Assembly: GCF_001194135.2 (NCBI RefSeq) | Contig: NC_068983.1 | Location: 113,301,854-113,359,057, forward strand | Reading direction: 5' to 3' | DNA length: 57,204 nt | Source of the DNA: Octopus bimaculoides | Lineage: Eukaryota | In this document: positions 1-12,499 of the stretch, in pieces | Numbering within the stretch: the first letter of the stretch is position 1 | How the letters are laid out: each line of letters begins with the position of its first letter | Made by a program: the position numbers and the translations under genes | The notes under the pieces: model-generated | Database searches by the model: none | Seen by the model: only the letters and a program-made list of their open reading frames with translations | Told to the model about the DNA's origin: nothing

Positions 1-82
1 TGTGTGTGGATGAGTGTATATATATATATGCGTGTGTGTGTGTGTGTCGGTCTGTTTATTTGTATATATGTATGTATGTGTT
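1..82. repeat. Compound TG/TA/TGTA microsatellite
   Basis: Direct reading of dinucleotide and tetranucleotide repeats. Confidence 0.85.
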
Positions 83-574
83 TTTATAGTACTTCTTATA
101 CAATGATTCAAAAACAGAGCTCAATTGATCTGGATTCCTATTGTCACAAATATACATATTATTTCTTTGCAAATCATAAGTCAATTTCATGTAGGTCATG
201 AATCTGTTTCACTCTTTTAAGAAATTTCAGTAAGATACATTCATTCCATGCAAAATTGGGGCCTTAATGGCTGCCATCAAGTCTCAAGACAGGAATCACA
301 CCACCCACCAAATTCTTGACCACACCACCATGCTCGACTACCATAACCAACCATCAAAGTTCTCAACACGCTTTTGGGCCTTTCAATCCAATACCATTAA
401 CACTACCATCCTTTACATTATATTCTTTGTATTTTTGTTATCAACCACTTCCTGTATACAGACCACAAGTATCCTTACTTCACCAATGCGTATGAACTAC
501 TCGTAACACACCACATTACCACCAGCATCTTGCTTAGAGCGAAATGTAAATCTTGTAACTTCTGAAGCCTATTA

Positions 575-680
575 CGTCACCTGATGAGACTTCTTTTGTG
601 CTGCGAGATGCATCTGATATCATTATATCGTCCCCGCCTACTAGTGGGCAGTACAGAATGCAGCCGAAACGATTGTTGTG
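575..680 (+). ncRNA. Hammerhead-ribozyme-like motif with long stem II (probable PLE terminus)
   Basis: CTGATGA at 581-587 and GAAAC at 666-670, followed by AATAAA and then (TA)n. Stems only partly restorable. Confidence 0.35.
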
Positions 681-735
681 CTAAATAAAGCTTCTGGTTT
701 CACTCCGTCTTCTGTATCAGTCATTTAGTGTGTAT

Positions 736-738
<3 letters not shown>

Positions 739-786
<48 letters not shown>
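739..786. repeat. (TA)n microsatellite
   Basis: Perfect AT dinucleotide run. Confidence 0.98.
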
Positions 787-788
<2 letters not shown>

Positions 789-1439
789 GTCGCTTAAATA
801 GAAATTAAGCAACATTCAAGCCGTTCAGCTACTTCTAAATTAATTGTTAGTGTTCACATTCTATTTCATATAAGGATAAGACCGGGAGAAATTAACCGCA
901 AATTTAAAAGCAAGTCCAGTTCCTTGATAGCAGTTGAGTGTAGAAATGAAAATGTTTTGAAGAATTTAAAAAATAATATCTTCTTAACGCGATTCTGAAA
1001 AGCTCTGTGATTTAACACTAATAATAGAGACCTCCATTATTATCTGATTTCTTTTCTCCCCGTTGCCCACAGTTTTTAGAGTTTTAATATAGAAATAAAA
1101 GTTAGTGAACTCTCTCCAACCTACAGTGTTTGAAAACATTCCGGTTCTTATAACAATTCAAGGTTGTGCCTCTTTAATTCTACCTTCACACGTATATTCG
1201 GGTTAACCATTCGCATAATGATATTTACTTAAATTTTTGAAATTGAAATTATCAATACCAAATATCAGACTGAAAATAAGAAAGTACTGAAAATGAAATA
1301 AGTACTCAAGTAGCGACAACCGAATGAGGATATGCTTTAGTTAATGCAGAAAGAACCAATAATAGCATATAAATGATCTTCCAAGCCTCAATAAGAATTA
1401 CATTATGAGCAAAAATGCAAACAAGGAGATACATTTTTA

Positions 1440-1695
1440 CAAGTTAGTAAAGTGGTGTGTTGTAAGTTTTTAATTTGTCTTCTGTTCTACATTCTGTATC
1501 TATAACTCAAAAAGGTTCAGTTTATCTTTCATCTTCCAGGTTTGATCAGATACACTATCATAATGAAAATAGTAGAGTGCAATGGAGAGAGAAAAGGAAG
1601 AGAAAAAAAGAACTTTCGGAAGAAAACAACATAAATCTGGATTACCGTCATCCAATGGATATATTTTGTTAAATCCATTTTCCAAGGGTAAGTAT
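1440..1695 (+). repeat. Left arm of old inverted duplication (partner 3650-4190)
   Basis: ATACACTATCATAATGAAAATAGTAGAGTGCAATGGAGAGAGAAA matches the reverse complement of ~3790-3840. The reverse complement of 1440-1550 matches 4088-4190 (TGATCAAACCTGGAA-GATGAAAGATAAACT). Confidence 0.75.
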
Positions 1696-2235
1696 TCTTT
1701 AAGCTACCTGTGTTAAATACAAAACGTTTTGCTACAAATTCAGTCTATCGTCAATTAATATCTTACAGTTAAACCTCGTTTTTGTTTGTGGCTTTTCTTT
1801 TCACTGTCGTTTTTGTTGCGGATTTTAAATAAAACATTCATACGTATAAAGATTATATGTGCATAAAAATAATATATTCTTGAAAGCATTATATAGCACT
1901 TTGCTAATAAGATATAATCAGAACACATATATATTCATTATTAGACATGCCTGATAGCTTGTATATCAATATTATGTTGTGTACACTTATTTATTTATTT
2001 ATTCATTGTATGTATGTTTTTGCAAGGAAAAAGTATTTATCATCGAAGAACAAGTAGTAGCTCCTGCGAAGATTACGTTCTTTTTTTCTCTTTTACGTTT
2101 TATGTGAGAAATTCTTTCAAAAGAGATAATAAATTCATTGAATTACGGCATTTGCGCATGTGAGTCATTAAAGGCTGATATATATACATATGTATACACA
2201 CACACACTCATCATGCGAATTAATCACTACACAAT

Positions 2236-2278
2236 ACCCCTTGAAAAGCTAATTTAAATAGCGAAAACCGGTTGGGAC
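2236..2278 (+). ncRNA. Degenerate minimal hammerhead-like motif
   Basis: CCCC-TTGAAAA-GCTA(atttaaa)TAGC-GAAAA-CCGG-TT-GGGA: 4-bp stem II, palindromic AACCGGTT stem III and CCC/GGG stem I. The core deviates from CUGANGA. Confidence 0.3.
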
Positions 2279-2749
2279 TTTACAACACCCATTTAATATG
2301 TATATATTTATATACAAAAATATTAAACTATGCGAAACGAAGGCATTTTTCTTCATTTTTCTTTACATTTTTTCAACTCATAATTTCCTCACGCGTTGTT
2401 TACTGAATCTCCAGTATTCTTACTACTCATATTTATATATATATATATATATNNNNNNNNNNNNNNNNNNNNNNNNNNNNNNNNNNNNNNNNNNNNNNNN
2501 NNNNNNNNNNNNNNNNNNNNNNNNNNNNNNNNNNNNNNNNNNNNNNNNNNNNNNNNNNNNNNNNNNNNNNNNNNNNNNNNNNNNNNNNNNNNNNNNNNNN
2601 NNNNNNNNNNNNNNNNNNNNNNNNNNNNNNNNNNNNNNNNNNNNNNNNNNNNNNNNNNNNNNNNNNNNNNNNNNNNNNNNNNNNNNNNNATATATATATA
2701 TATATATATACGTTTGGTTTGCAAGATTCCTGATGTGAAATCGTGTGTT

Positions 2750-2942
2750 GAAACAAATATTGTTCTATTTCGGGACGGTCATATTTTTTTTGCCAAATAA
2801 ACACACACACTATATATTTTTTCTTCACTCGTTTATTACTGTTCTTATTTTATTATTTTAGCTCATGTCCATTGTCCGGAAATCTTTCGTCACACATCTG
2901 TGACCTCATCAGCGACACTTTTCGTTTTCGTGTGTGTTCGCC
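2750..2942 (-). mobile_element. PLE-type terminal repeat fragment with hammerhead-like motif
   Basis: Minus strand 2885-2912 reads CTGATGA-G-GTCACA-GATG-TGTGAC-GAAA (6-bp stem II). Inverted copy of 3265-3460. Confidence 0.6.
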
Positions 2943-3264
2943 CATGGTGTTGCCATCGTGGTAGTAGTTGTTTTTATTGTTATTGCATTGTCATCGTAGG
3001 TGAACGCACATGCACAAAGGAATATAGGAACTGTACCATATGGTTTTTTCGGGTCGTAAGGCAGCAGCAGCACAATGGGGTGAGAAAATGGGGCTGAGGG
3101 GAAGGCCACACTGCTGCTAAAAATTATGACACACACACATACAAACATACACACACGCATACTCACACATGCACACACACACATACACACACGCACACAC
3201 AAACAAAGACACAAACGCATGCGCACATAAGGATACACATCTTAGAACAGAATAGAGTAAGTGG

Positions 3265-3460
3265 AGCAAGAATACACACGAAAACGAAAAGTGTCACTGA
3301 AGAGGTCACAGATGTATAACGAAAGATTTTCGAACAATGGGCTTGAGTTAAAATAATAAATAAGAACAGTAATAGACGAGTGAAGAAGAAAATATATATA
3401 GTGCGTGTGTTTATTTGACAAAAAAAATTACCATCCCGAAATACAACAATACTATTGTGT
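3265..3460 (+). mobile_element. PLE-type terminal repeat fragment with hammerhead-like motif (inverted partner)
   Basis: CTGAAGA-G-GTCACA-GATG-TATAAC-GAAA at 3297-3324. Roughly 85% identical by eye to the reverse complement of 2750-2942. The same repeat recurs as a fragment at ~37185-37230. Confidence 0.6.
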
Positions 3461-3474
3461 GTATACATATGCAT

Positions 3475-3600
<126 letters not shown>

Positions 3601-3649
3601 AATGTATGTATGCTTATGTGCTCCAACTATTCCTTGCTTTTATCTATAA

Positions 3650-4190
3650 ACTTTTAAAGAAATTACCAGAAGCTATAACTTTCTTTCGTGTTACATATGA
3701 TTGTGTACTCATAGTGCATGGTAAATCGTGCGTCAACAAGCTCCATAATATATTTGTTCCTTCTTCTAAACATTTCCTTTCTTCTCTCCTGTTTCTCTCT
3801 CCATCTCACTACATTATTTTCATTATGATAATGTATTATACTAACCGTCGTTAGCATAAAACATCATTTGCATTACATAGGTTCAATGAAACTTCTTGCT
3901 ATATTTACTCCATTTATGATTTTGTCTATATTTTTCTCCACAGAGCTGATGGTTGCATATAGGAATTGGTACTGATCACAGCCTGTAATGAATAAAACTA
4001 TTTCTTCAGATCGTGACAAGGCCATGACTTGGTATGGAATGAACATATTTCACTGAATTACCCCGAAAGTTTTGGAATCAATTCATTTGATCAAACCTGG
4101 AAAGATGAAAGATAAACTCGATCTTTTTTTAGCTGTAGCTACAGAATGTAAACAGAAGATAAATTAAAAGACATTTAATACGCCACTTTG
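3650..4190 (-). repeat. Right arm of old inverted duplication (partner 1440-1695), with ~240 bp extra sequence
   Basis: See partner. Translations HYHNENSRVQWREK and HYHNENNVVRWREK align. Confidence 0.7.
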
Positions 4191-5722
4191 TTTACTCTAC
4201 CGTTCCACTGTCTTTAAAACTTACTTATATTGCTCCTGTTAATGTTTTCCTTCGTTATTCTGAAGAGATGTGTGTCTTCCATTTAGATTTGAATCCTCTA
4301 TATATCTATTTCACAAATAGTATGCATCACAACGCCCGCATTCTTCTTTGATGTCAATAGATATAATAGTTTATTGATGGATATCGTTGATTGTAAATGC
4401 TTAAGCAATACGATATTTACTTCAAGACATGGGAAGCAGACACGAGGCGTCACATTCATGTCTTTCCTAATGTGATTAGTATCATAAATGAAGTGAAATG
4501 GTGAAATGGCAACAAGCAGGAATAGAAATTTGTGTTTCACACGTGATTCCTCGGTAGGTTTTCTCTACCTTCTGGCAGTGGTGACTATCATTATTAATTT
4601 CATAGAAATAAATGCCTCCCACAAAATGTGACGATTCAATGAATTTACTTCTGTGTGATGGAAGATGGATTTTTCAACTTAATTGTTTTGCTCTAAAACT
4701 GTAATGATACGGTAGGATATCGGAATAGTTCTGCTGAAAATCATAGGATTTATTGCGTATTCAATAAATGATGGTAATCTGTTACGATCTGTCAATTTTA
4801 TTGATTCGATAAGAATTGTCTGTCAGAATTTATCTGATTATCGTCGCCCTATGGAATTCATAACAACAGACTTAGCTTATGTTCTTTGCGAAGATCAGAG
4901 CAGTAAGTTATCAAAAATTAACAAAAGCTTGAGTAATCATTTCTGTAAAAAGTTACTGAATGAAAGACAAAACAAAAGTATCTTTCCTGCAAGCACATTG
5001 GTGGAAATATATAACAAAATCATTATTGTTTGTTTTAAATAATCGTTCAGTTTCTTTGTTTTTATCATTATCTTTATTATTCACGTTTCAAGAAATATAT
5101 CAAAGTCTCTGTCCCTAATAGAAAATTAAATACAAGAGGAAAGAATGCTGTGTTTATTGTCAACGAACGGGTTAAAGATTAGAAAATGTTCAACAGAAGC
5201 ATACTTGAAATGTTCAAGTTAACAAAGATTCTTGAAAATGTTCAAGATTACCAAAAGTGTTTAAGTCGAAGATGAATGCCCAAGATTAAGAATAATTGAT
5301 TGATGATGCCCTGAGAATATTTACACACCACAGTATTGCTATTTGCTCATTTTCTTTTCTATGCCGCATTTCGTTCTGCAATTTTAGATAGAATAACAGC
5401 TCCTTACTTATCATAGCTTATTTAATTCAACAGCTAAATCAACGTAATTCCTTAACATTTCCGTACACTTCTGCATAAACTTAGTCATTTGATACTATTA
5501 CGCTAGTAATCAGTATGTTAAAATAAATTTTGTCGTAGAAATTCATGACTGGCTTATTATGTGATATCTGGCGGTTTTGTTTGCAGGCAAAAGGTACAAA
5601 CCCTCTACACATTTTCATTCGCTAAGAAGTTAAGTATTTACATGAACACTACATAGATATTTTTTTTTTAAACTGGCACAACACCTAGTCTGTGGAACAA
5701 CACAGTTCATTAATAATACGTA

Positions 5723-5795
<73 letters not shown>

Positions 5796-5829
5796 GCTAC
5801 TGCTGCTGCTGCTACTACTACTGCTGCTG

Positions 5830-5884
<55 letters not shown>
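5723..5884. repeat. (TAG)12/(CTA)n palindromic trinucleotide array continuing as CTA/CTG
   Basis: TAG x12 (5723-5758) abuts CTA x11 around the centre AGTACT (5757-5762). Confidence 0.95.
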
Positions 5885-5911
5885 CGTTAATAGTAATAGC
5901 AATAATTATTT

Positions 5912-6024
5912 CTACTATAGGCACAAGGCCTGAAATTTGTGGGGAGGAGATGAATCGATTACATCGATCCCAGTACACAACTAGTACTTTATTCATCGAC
6001 CCTGAAAGGATGAAAGGCAAAGTC
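5912..6024 (-). mobile_element. SINE family A, tail type A2, 5'-truncated
   Basis: ATCGACCCTGAAAGGATGAAAGGCAAAGTC core plus CTATAGGCACAAGGCCTGAAATTT tail shared with 7421-7632 and 56806-57024. Confidence 0.8.
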
Positions 6025-6372
6025 TAATCTGTGCTGCTCAAGAGCAATCACTAAGAACAATCTACATAAAATACAGAATAGACAACACAGAAGAAAGTGA
6101 TAAGTACAGAATCTGTGGACAAAATGGTGAAACCATATGGCATATTACCAGCCAATGTACGCCACTAGCCCAGAAGGAATATAAGCGACGCCACGACGAT
6201 ATAGCCAGGCTTGTCTATTGGAAGCTTTGCAACAAGTATGGACTTGACAGAGCAAAAATTGGTACGGCCACAAACCTGAAGGCATTGTCCAAAATGGAAA
6301 TGCAAATCTTATGAGATTTTATGATTCAGTGCGACCATGAGATAGAGAATAGGAGGCCGGACATAGTCTTAC
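6024..6372 (+). mobile_element. R4/Dong-type non-LTR retrotransposon fragment (Zn knuckle and start of RLE domain)
   Basis: Translates as LICAAQEQSLRT..RICG..ETIWHITSQCTPLAQKEYKRRHDDIAR..and IQCDHEIENRRPDIVL, with one frameshift. These are typical CCHC, RHD and RRPD motifs of RLE LINEs. Confidence 0.85.
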
Positions 6373-7025
6373 NNNNNNNNNNNNNNNNNNNNNNNNNNNN
6401 NNNNNNNNNNNNNNNNNNNNNNNNNNNNNNNNNNNNNNNNNNNNNNNNNNNNNNNNNNNNNNNNNNNNNNNNNNNNNNNNNNNNNNNNNNNNNNNNNNNN
6501 NNNNNNNNNNNNNNNNNNNNNNNNNNNNNNNNNNNNNNNNNNNNNNNNNNNNNNNNNNNNNNNNNNNNNNNNNNNNNNNNNNNNNNNNNNNNNNNNNNNN
6601 NNNNNNNNNNNNNNNNNNNNNNNNNNNNNNNNNNNNNNNNNNNNNNNNNNNNNNNNNNNNNNNNNNNNNNNNNNNNNNNNNNNNNNNNNNNNNNNNNNNN
6701 NNNNNNNNNNNNNNNNNNNNNNNNNNNNNNNNNNNNNNNNNNNNNNNNNNNNNNNNNNNNNNNNNNNNNNNNNNNNNNNNNNNNNNNNNNNNNNNNNNNN
6801 NNNNNNNNNNNNNNNNNNNNNNNNNNNNNNNNNNNNNNNNNNNNNNNNNNNNNNNNNNNNNNNNNNNNNNNNNNNNNNNNNNNNNNNNNNNNNNNNNNNN
6901 NNNNNNNNNNNNNNNNNNNNNNNNNNNNNNNNNNNNNNNNNNNNNNNNNNNNNNNNNNNNNNNNNNNNNNNNNNNNNNNNNNNNNNNNNNNNNNNNNNNN
7001 NNNNNNNNNNNNNNNNNNNNNNNNN

Positions 7026-7062
<37 letters not shown>

Positions 7063-7063
<1 letters not shown>

Positions 7064-7392
7064 GTACCTGGGAATGACAGCGAAACGGGCTGATTACTAC
7101 CTAGCTCAAATACCAGGAAACCTCAAAATGGCTGAAGTTCAAAAGATAGTGCTCATGGGAACTGCCCATATCCTACGTAAAATACTGTCTATGTGATCTC
7201 AAATTTTAAAACAAACACATAATTTTCTTATTGTTTCTTAAACATTTTCTAGAACAACACTATGTACAAATCGAAATATATGGTACCCTAGGCATAACAC
7301 CTACATGAACTTCTAACTTGTTGTCACTTGAGGTCTCTGGGTGAGACTTGGAGCCAACTTGTACAAATGCAAAGCAAAAGTCAAACATAAAG
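7063..7392 (+). mobile_element. R4/Dong-type element 3' end and 3' UTR between (AAT)n tracts
   Basis: KYLG..QIPGNLKMAEVQKIVLMGTAHILRKILSM* ends at 7196. Flanked by (AAT)12 at 7027-7062 and TAA repeats at 7393-7420. Confidence 0.85.
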
Positions 7393-7420
7393 TAATAATA
7401 ATAGTAATAATAATAATAAT

Positions 7421-7632
7421 CTTTTCTACTGAAGGCACAAAGACTAAAATTTTGGAGGAGGGACTAGCCAATTACATCGACCCCAGTTGTTCATTGGTAC
7501 TTAATTTATCGACACCGAGAGGATGAAAGGCAAAGTCGACCTCGGCGGAATTTCTACTCAGAATGCAGTGACCGGCGAAATACCCCTAAGCATTTTACTC
7601 GGCGTGCTAACAATTCTGCCAGCTTACCCGCC
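7421..7632 (-). mobile_element. SINE family A, tail type A2, near full length
   Basis: Minus-strand head GGCGGGTAAGCTGGCAGAATTGTTAGCACGCCG with the GTCGACTTTGCCTTTCATCC core. Confidence 0.9.
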
Positions 7633-7707
7633 TTAAGAATAAGAATAAGAATCGTAATAACAAGAAGAAAGATAACTGTCCATTACAATGATGATGATGA
7701 CAGTATC

Positions 7708-7775
7708 GTCATCATCTATAACATACATCCTCATCATCTATAACATCATCATCATCTATAACATCCTCATCATCA
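7708..7775. repeat. Short degenerate minisatellite (CATCATCTATAACAT x3) in a CAT-rich tract
   Basis: 15-mer at 7710, 7732 and 7750. Confidence 0.8.
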
Positions 7776-9039
7776 TGACGACGATGCCGGTGATGATGGC
7801 GATGTCGACAAAGATCATAATGATGAAGATGAGATATCTTATTTGCTTCATAGGTATTGGATGAAAATGCATAACAAAACAGATCACAATGTGCAAGATT
7901 ATACGAAAATCGGATGAAAAAGGAATGGAGGAGGAACAAGCTAAAAATACATATAATGTATACAAAATATAAAATACCTTCTCATACAGAATGTCGTTCA
8001 ATTAGAGCCAATCAATGAACCCTATATATCAGTGATCATTCTAACCATCAGTGGTACATACTAATTCTCAAATTTAACTTTCCGATCTATAAGCGTATGC
8101 TTAAAGTAACTCTATTCACTCCGGCGGTTTTTGCCTCAGTCATAACAAATTATAGCAATCCATATTCACTTGATGGCTAATAGTATGGCATCATTTACCT
8201 TAGTACTTAAGGGCTTTAGTTCGTGATGGAACAATAAAGTCAAGTATTCCAATACTTTGGAATTAACCTATTTTCATAGAAATTGGCTCTATTTCAGCTT
8301 TTTTATTTGCTTCAATATATTCAGTTGTCACTCTCTTTCGTAAGTATTTTTGATACACTACTTAAATTAAAAAAGACCTTTTGATATCATGAGCTCCAAA
8401 TTTCTTCTCGGTAACTTTGCACCAACGAAAGCTAATTGCAAAATAGGTATGAAATGTAATGTCAACCGTAGAAGACTATGAACTCTAAGCAAAATATTAG
8501 CACGTTTTCTCTTGCATTTTACTGTATTTGACGACACGTAATACCATCAACTCCTTCATGACTTTATTGATCATCTCATCCATAGAGATATCTTGTTCAT
8601 CATGTTTTTTTTATTTTAACACTTTGTTCTTATCCTTTCAGATAATTCATTCTCTTTGAGAATATTTATCTAAATTTCCTGTATACTATTGACAGGTAGG
8701 TCTGCAAACCTACAACCTAGAGGAGATATTTTATATTGAGAACACGAGTATTGGTTTCGCCTCATTGAAAAATTTGTTTTAATTCTGACTGAGGTAACAA
8801 GCTGTCTAGTAACTGTGAAAATATTGAATAAATCTCAGTCGTCACGTTTTCATTTATCTACATCTAGATGTACCGACTTGGATTAATACACCCTTATACA
8901 CATTGATTTGAATAGAGAGAAATCTATAAATAACACAGTCGTTTGCAATATATAAATGAATACGCACAGAACATGTGTTATGTAGTAGAGTGACCCTTGA
9001 AAGTTTTAAACTCTTCAACTCTTCAGAACTGACAAGTAA

Positions 9040-9180
9040 ATAGCAATACACGTCATCGCTTCCTTATACAACAGGTTCATCGATGCATGACATTTTCCTT
9101 ATGTAAAGATTTAACTATTTGTACAAGAATATAACGACATAGCAAGACATGTTGCGCATAATAAATCCACATAACATCAC
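9040..9180 (+). mobile_element. Possible highly decayed R4/Dong Zn-knuckle remnant
   Basis: MH.FSLCKDL and NDIARHVA-like translation resembles the knuckle at 6130-6220. Confidence 0.3.
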
Positions 9181-9396
9181 CTCTTCACGTGAAATTGATA
9201 ATGAATTTGTTCCTAAATTCTTCTTACTAAATGTATATGTCAAATTCATTAATCAATAATTCTCCCTTTTTACCTAACTTTATACTGTACACAGCCTCAA
9301 CGCAGAACTGCCTCAACTCCAACTTTGATACCAGCATTTATGTGCCTACGTTCAAGCGTTCTTTCTCCTTTTAATCTTATATATTTTCATCTATTT

Positions 9397-9600
9397 CGCC
9401 GGGCGAAATGCTTAGCAGTATTTCGTCTGCCACTACGTTCTGGATTCAAATTCCGCCGAGGTCGACTTTGTCTTTCATCCTTTCGGAGTCGATTAAATAA
9501 GTACCAGTTACACACTGGGGTCGATATAATCCACTTAGTCCGTTTGTCTGTCCTTGTTTGTCCCCTCTGTGTGTAGCTCCTTGTGGGTAGTAAAGAAATA
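9397..9600 (+). mobile_element. SINE family A, tail type A1
   Basis: CGCCGGGCGAAATGCTTAGC..TTCAAATTCCGCCGAGGTCGACTTTG..AAGTACCAG, with a TTTGTCTGTCCTTGTTTGTCCCC tail shared with 16062-16285. Confidence 0.92.
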
Positions 9601-10009
9601 ACACATATTGAAAAGGTTAAGAAGATTCACCAGTAAATTTATATGAAAAAATAAAAGGAAAGCGGTTTGAGAACTTTATCACGGATAAAAGAAAGTATAT
9701 ACATTTTTGAAAATATACCACTAATCTCAGTCGCTTAAAACACAATTTGCTCATGTTGGGAGGAAAGGGAAAATAAATTAAATTAATCTCGCATGATAAT
9801 AATTCTGGAAGTCCAGGTATTTTTACAAAGATTGCATTGTATTGGCAGCGCGCTTCCTTCTGCTGGGTCATAGAAGCAGTCAAACAGAAATAGTTGTCCT
9901 TTGTCATTAAGGAATATCTTTTACTAGTAGAAGGAACTGCAGCACACATGGCAGTAACTACGTCAGTTTTACTAATAGCAAGGTCGTAGGGGCGACAGTC
10001 GTTGTTTCC

Positions 10010-10900
10010 CTTTCTGTCTCACAGATATTTATACGTGGTCGGTATTTGGTTATGAAAGTATTGATAGTTTCTTCGTTGATGCGTTGTTATTATGTTTTTC
10101 AATCGTTAAATTTGTATATTAATTTGTTTGTTTCTTTCCTACATGTGCGTCAATATATTCATTGAGTCCTATTTGTTTGCATTCCCATTTTTTTCATTTC
10201 GATTCTGCGCAGTGTCATGCATTGCTTCCATGATATCCATGTTTATCTGATGTCGGTTACGTCACATCCTGGTTTGTCCTATGTAGTTTTCTTCACATCC
10301 TGAGCATGCTGCTGCATAGATTAGTTTTTCAGATACATATGCAGCATTTTGCTTCTCTGCGATGCTTAGAATTTCATCTCTTTTGTTTTGCTGTCTTCAT
10401 ATGGTTTAGTTCTTTGTAAGAGTACTACATTTTATCTGCATGCCGCTGTTTCATCTACTCTTAGCTTCCAAACATACTGATACGCCGGTAAGGTTATGAA
10501 AACACACAGAATATCAAATGTCCTACCCACAGACTTGCAAGAAATGAAGTAATGTTTAATGAAAAATCATGAATCACGGTATACTCTTCCACGTTGGATA
10601 CTGAAACGAATGAAAATCAAATCAAAGAATGAAAAATATGTATTATAACAACTTCTCTGTCTTCCTTGCAAATGTTCGTGGATCCTTGTGGAGCCTCATC
10701 CACAGTTCGTTCGGCACAATATAAGATATACCTTCTTTTACAATAAGTAATAAGAGTTTAATTATTTTCATTACAGAGAGATAGCTTTGAAGTCTGTGAC
10801 ATTTGCAAGGGAATATCTGAACCTCTGTAGAATTCGCTCTTCCTACAAATACTTAATTCTCTGACTCGGATTTCGGCAACATTGTCATGTATTTACCTTT
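10010..10900 (-). mobile_element. Decayed Penelope-like element (GIY-YIG region)
   Basis: Minus-strand LIYAAACSGCEENYIGQT (10272-10325) followed by NEYID. Upstream part is less certain. Confidence 0.6.
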
Positions 10901-12499
10901 GTTCTAAGATTTCTACACAACAATTTAGGATTTTCTATCTGTACACTTGTCTCAAAACGTTTAATCGCCTACAATAACAAAAGCAGCTACCTTTATTTTT
11001 TTTTTTAGATAATCATATTTGATATCTTCAGTATACACAATATCATACTCATCCACATCTCTCCTAAGGAGACTTTTAGAACAGATTCAAACCATTATCA
11101 ATGTTGACATGTTTCTTTATCAACTTGTATCCTTGGCAAACACACTCACATGCTAACTATTTTTCATCCATTTCTCATGGTAAATTCAACCTTCACTCAT
11201 ACTTACAGGACAGTCAGATCACTGCCAAATAGAAGCTGTTAACTGATCAGCGGACACCATTATTCTCATACTGTTCCTTCACACACCTCAACCATAATGT
11301 CAAAAACCATCCGTGCTTTATCTGTTATAACAATGCATCCAATCCTGAATAAAGTTACCCACTATATCTACCACTACCACCAAATTAAGATGAGTTTACC
11401 CATCACCACATGACACAGTCAGAAAAGGAAAAGGTGATTTTATGCATCTTACAGTCTGTAAGCTTCCTGGTCTTATATCTTTCTGTCTTGCATCCTGCAA
11501 TGATAGCCTCTGTTATCTATGCAGAATACTTGAACTTAACTGTCCAGCAAGTTCGTCTCGTTGCATAAACCAACACCATAGTGAAGGTACGAGCCTCCAA
11601 ATCCACTCCTTCAGATTAACAAAAGTAATATTCCCAGACTTTCCTGCATCCCTACCCAACCAAACAACTTCAAACAAATAGTCACTATTTACGATAATCC
11701 TCTAATCTCTCCAGCTGAACCAGATACCAGATCCTAACCGATTCTCTTTATTACACTCAGAGTGCTTTCCACTTTCCAGACCGTTAAATTCTTCAGATTC
11801 TCTCTACCTCACTATCTCTCAGTCATTTACTCATTTTCCTTCCAGGAATATGCCCCAATATTTCAAGTTCTAAAAGGAGAACCATCTTGATTCTGCATCT
11901 TATAATCCTGTTACTCTCAATTTTAACAGCATCCCATTGAAATTTAGAAGCAAATTGACATTAAATATAAATAATTCCACTCTAGATATTGTGAGCCTTA
12001 CATCAGAGTATTAAATTAATATACAGAAATATTGAAACGTGGCGGAAATAACTGATCGGTATTTTGAAAATCCACTTCAGCCAAAAATAAAGCAGACAAT
12101 ATCAAATTTAAAAAAGTAAAGTACAATGAATATAGCATGAAGATAATTCGCCAGAAAACATACATTTGTATGTGTGTGTATATATGTCTAGATAATATAT
12201 GTGTGTACGTGTATGTGTACATATATGTGCATTTATATAAATGTGAGTGTGCATATATGTACGTTTGCGTTGGCTATACCACCTTGTGGAGGTTAGACGA
12301 TATTTGCAACATATTGCTTATGTGCTAACTGATTTATTGCGTAGTGTATTTATGGTTTGTTTGGACTTTTACCACTTATGATATGACTTGTGAATTATCT
12401 TTATGGCTTTGCCAATTTCTCTGAAATTTTTTGAGGTGAACGAGCTACTCGTACGTTGCTGCAGCAAGAATTTGTACATTAAGAAATATCTGTATTTAC

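Noticed and set aside
5183-5265. AAATGTTCAAG repeats at ~26-bp spacing as a regulatory array
   Set aside because: Only 3-4 short degenerate copies; too weak to call.
7063-7632. SINE A2 as the non-autonomous partner of the adjacent R4/Dong element
   Set aside because: Their sense strands abut opposite strands of the repeat (TAA versus ATT) and I see no shared 3' sequence.
8642-8695. Plus-strand coding exon (also 33599-33714)
   Set aside because: Reasonable splice signals but stops in all three frames; at most non-coding and unsupported.
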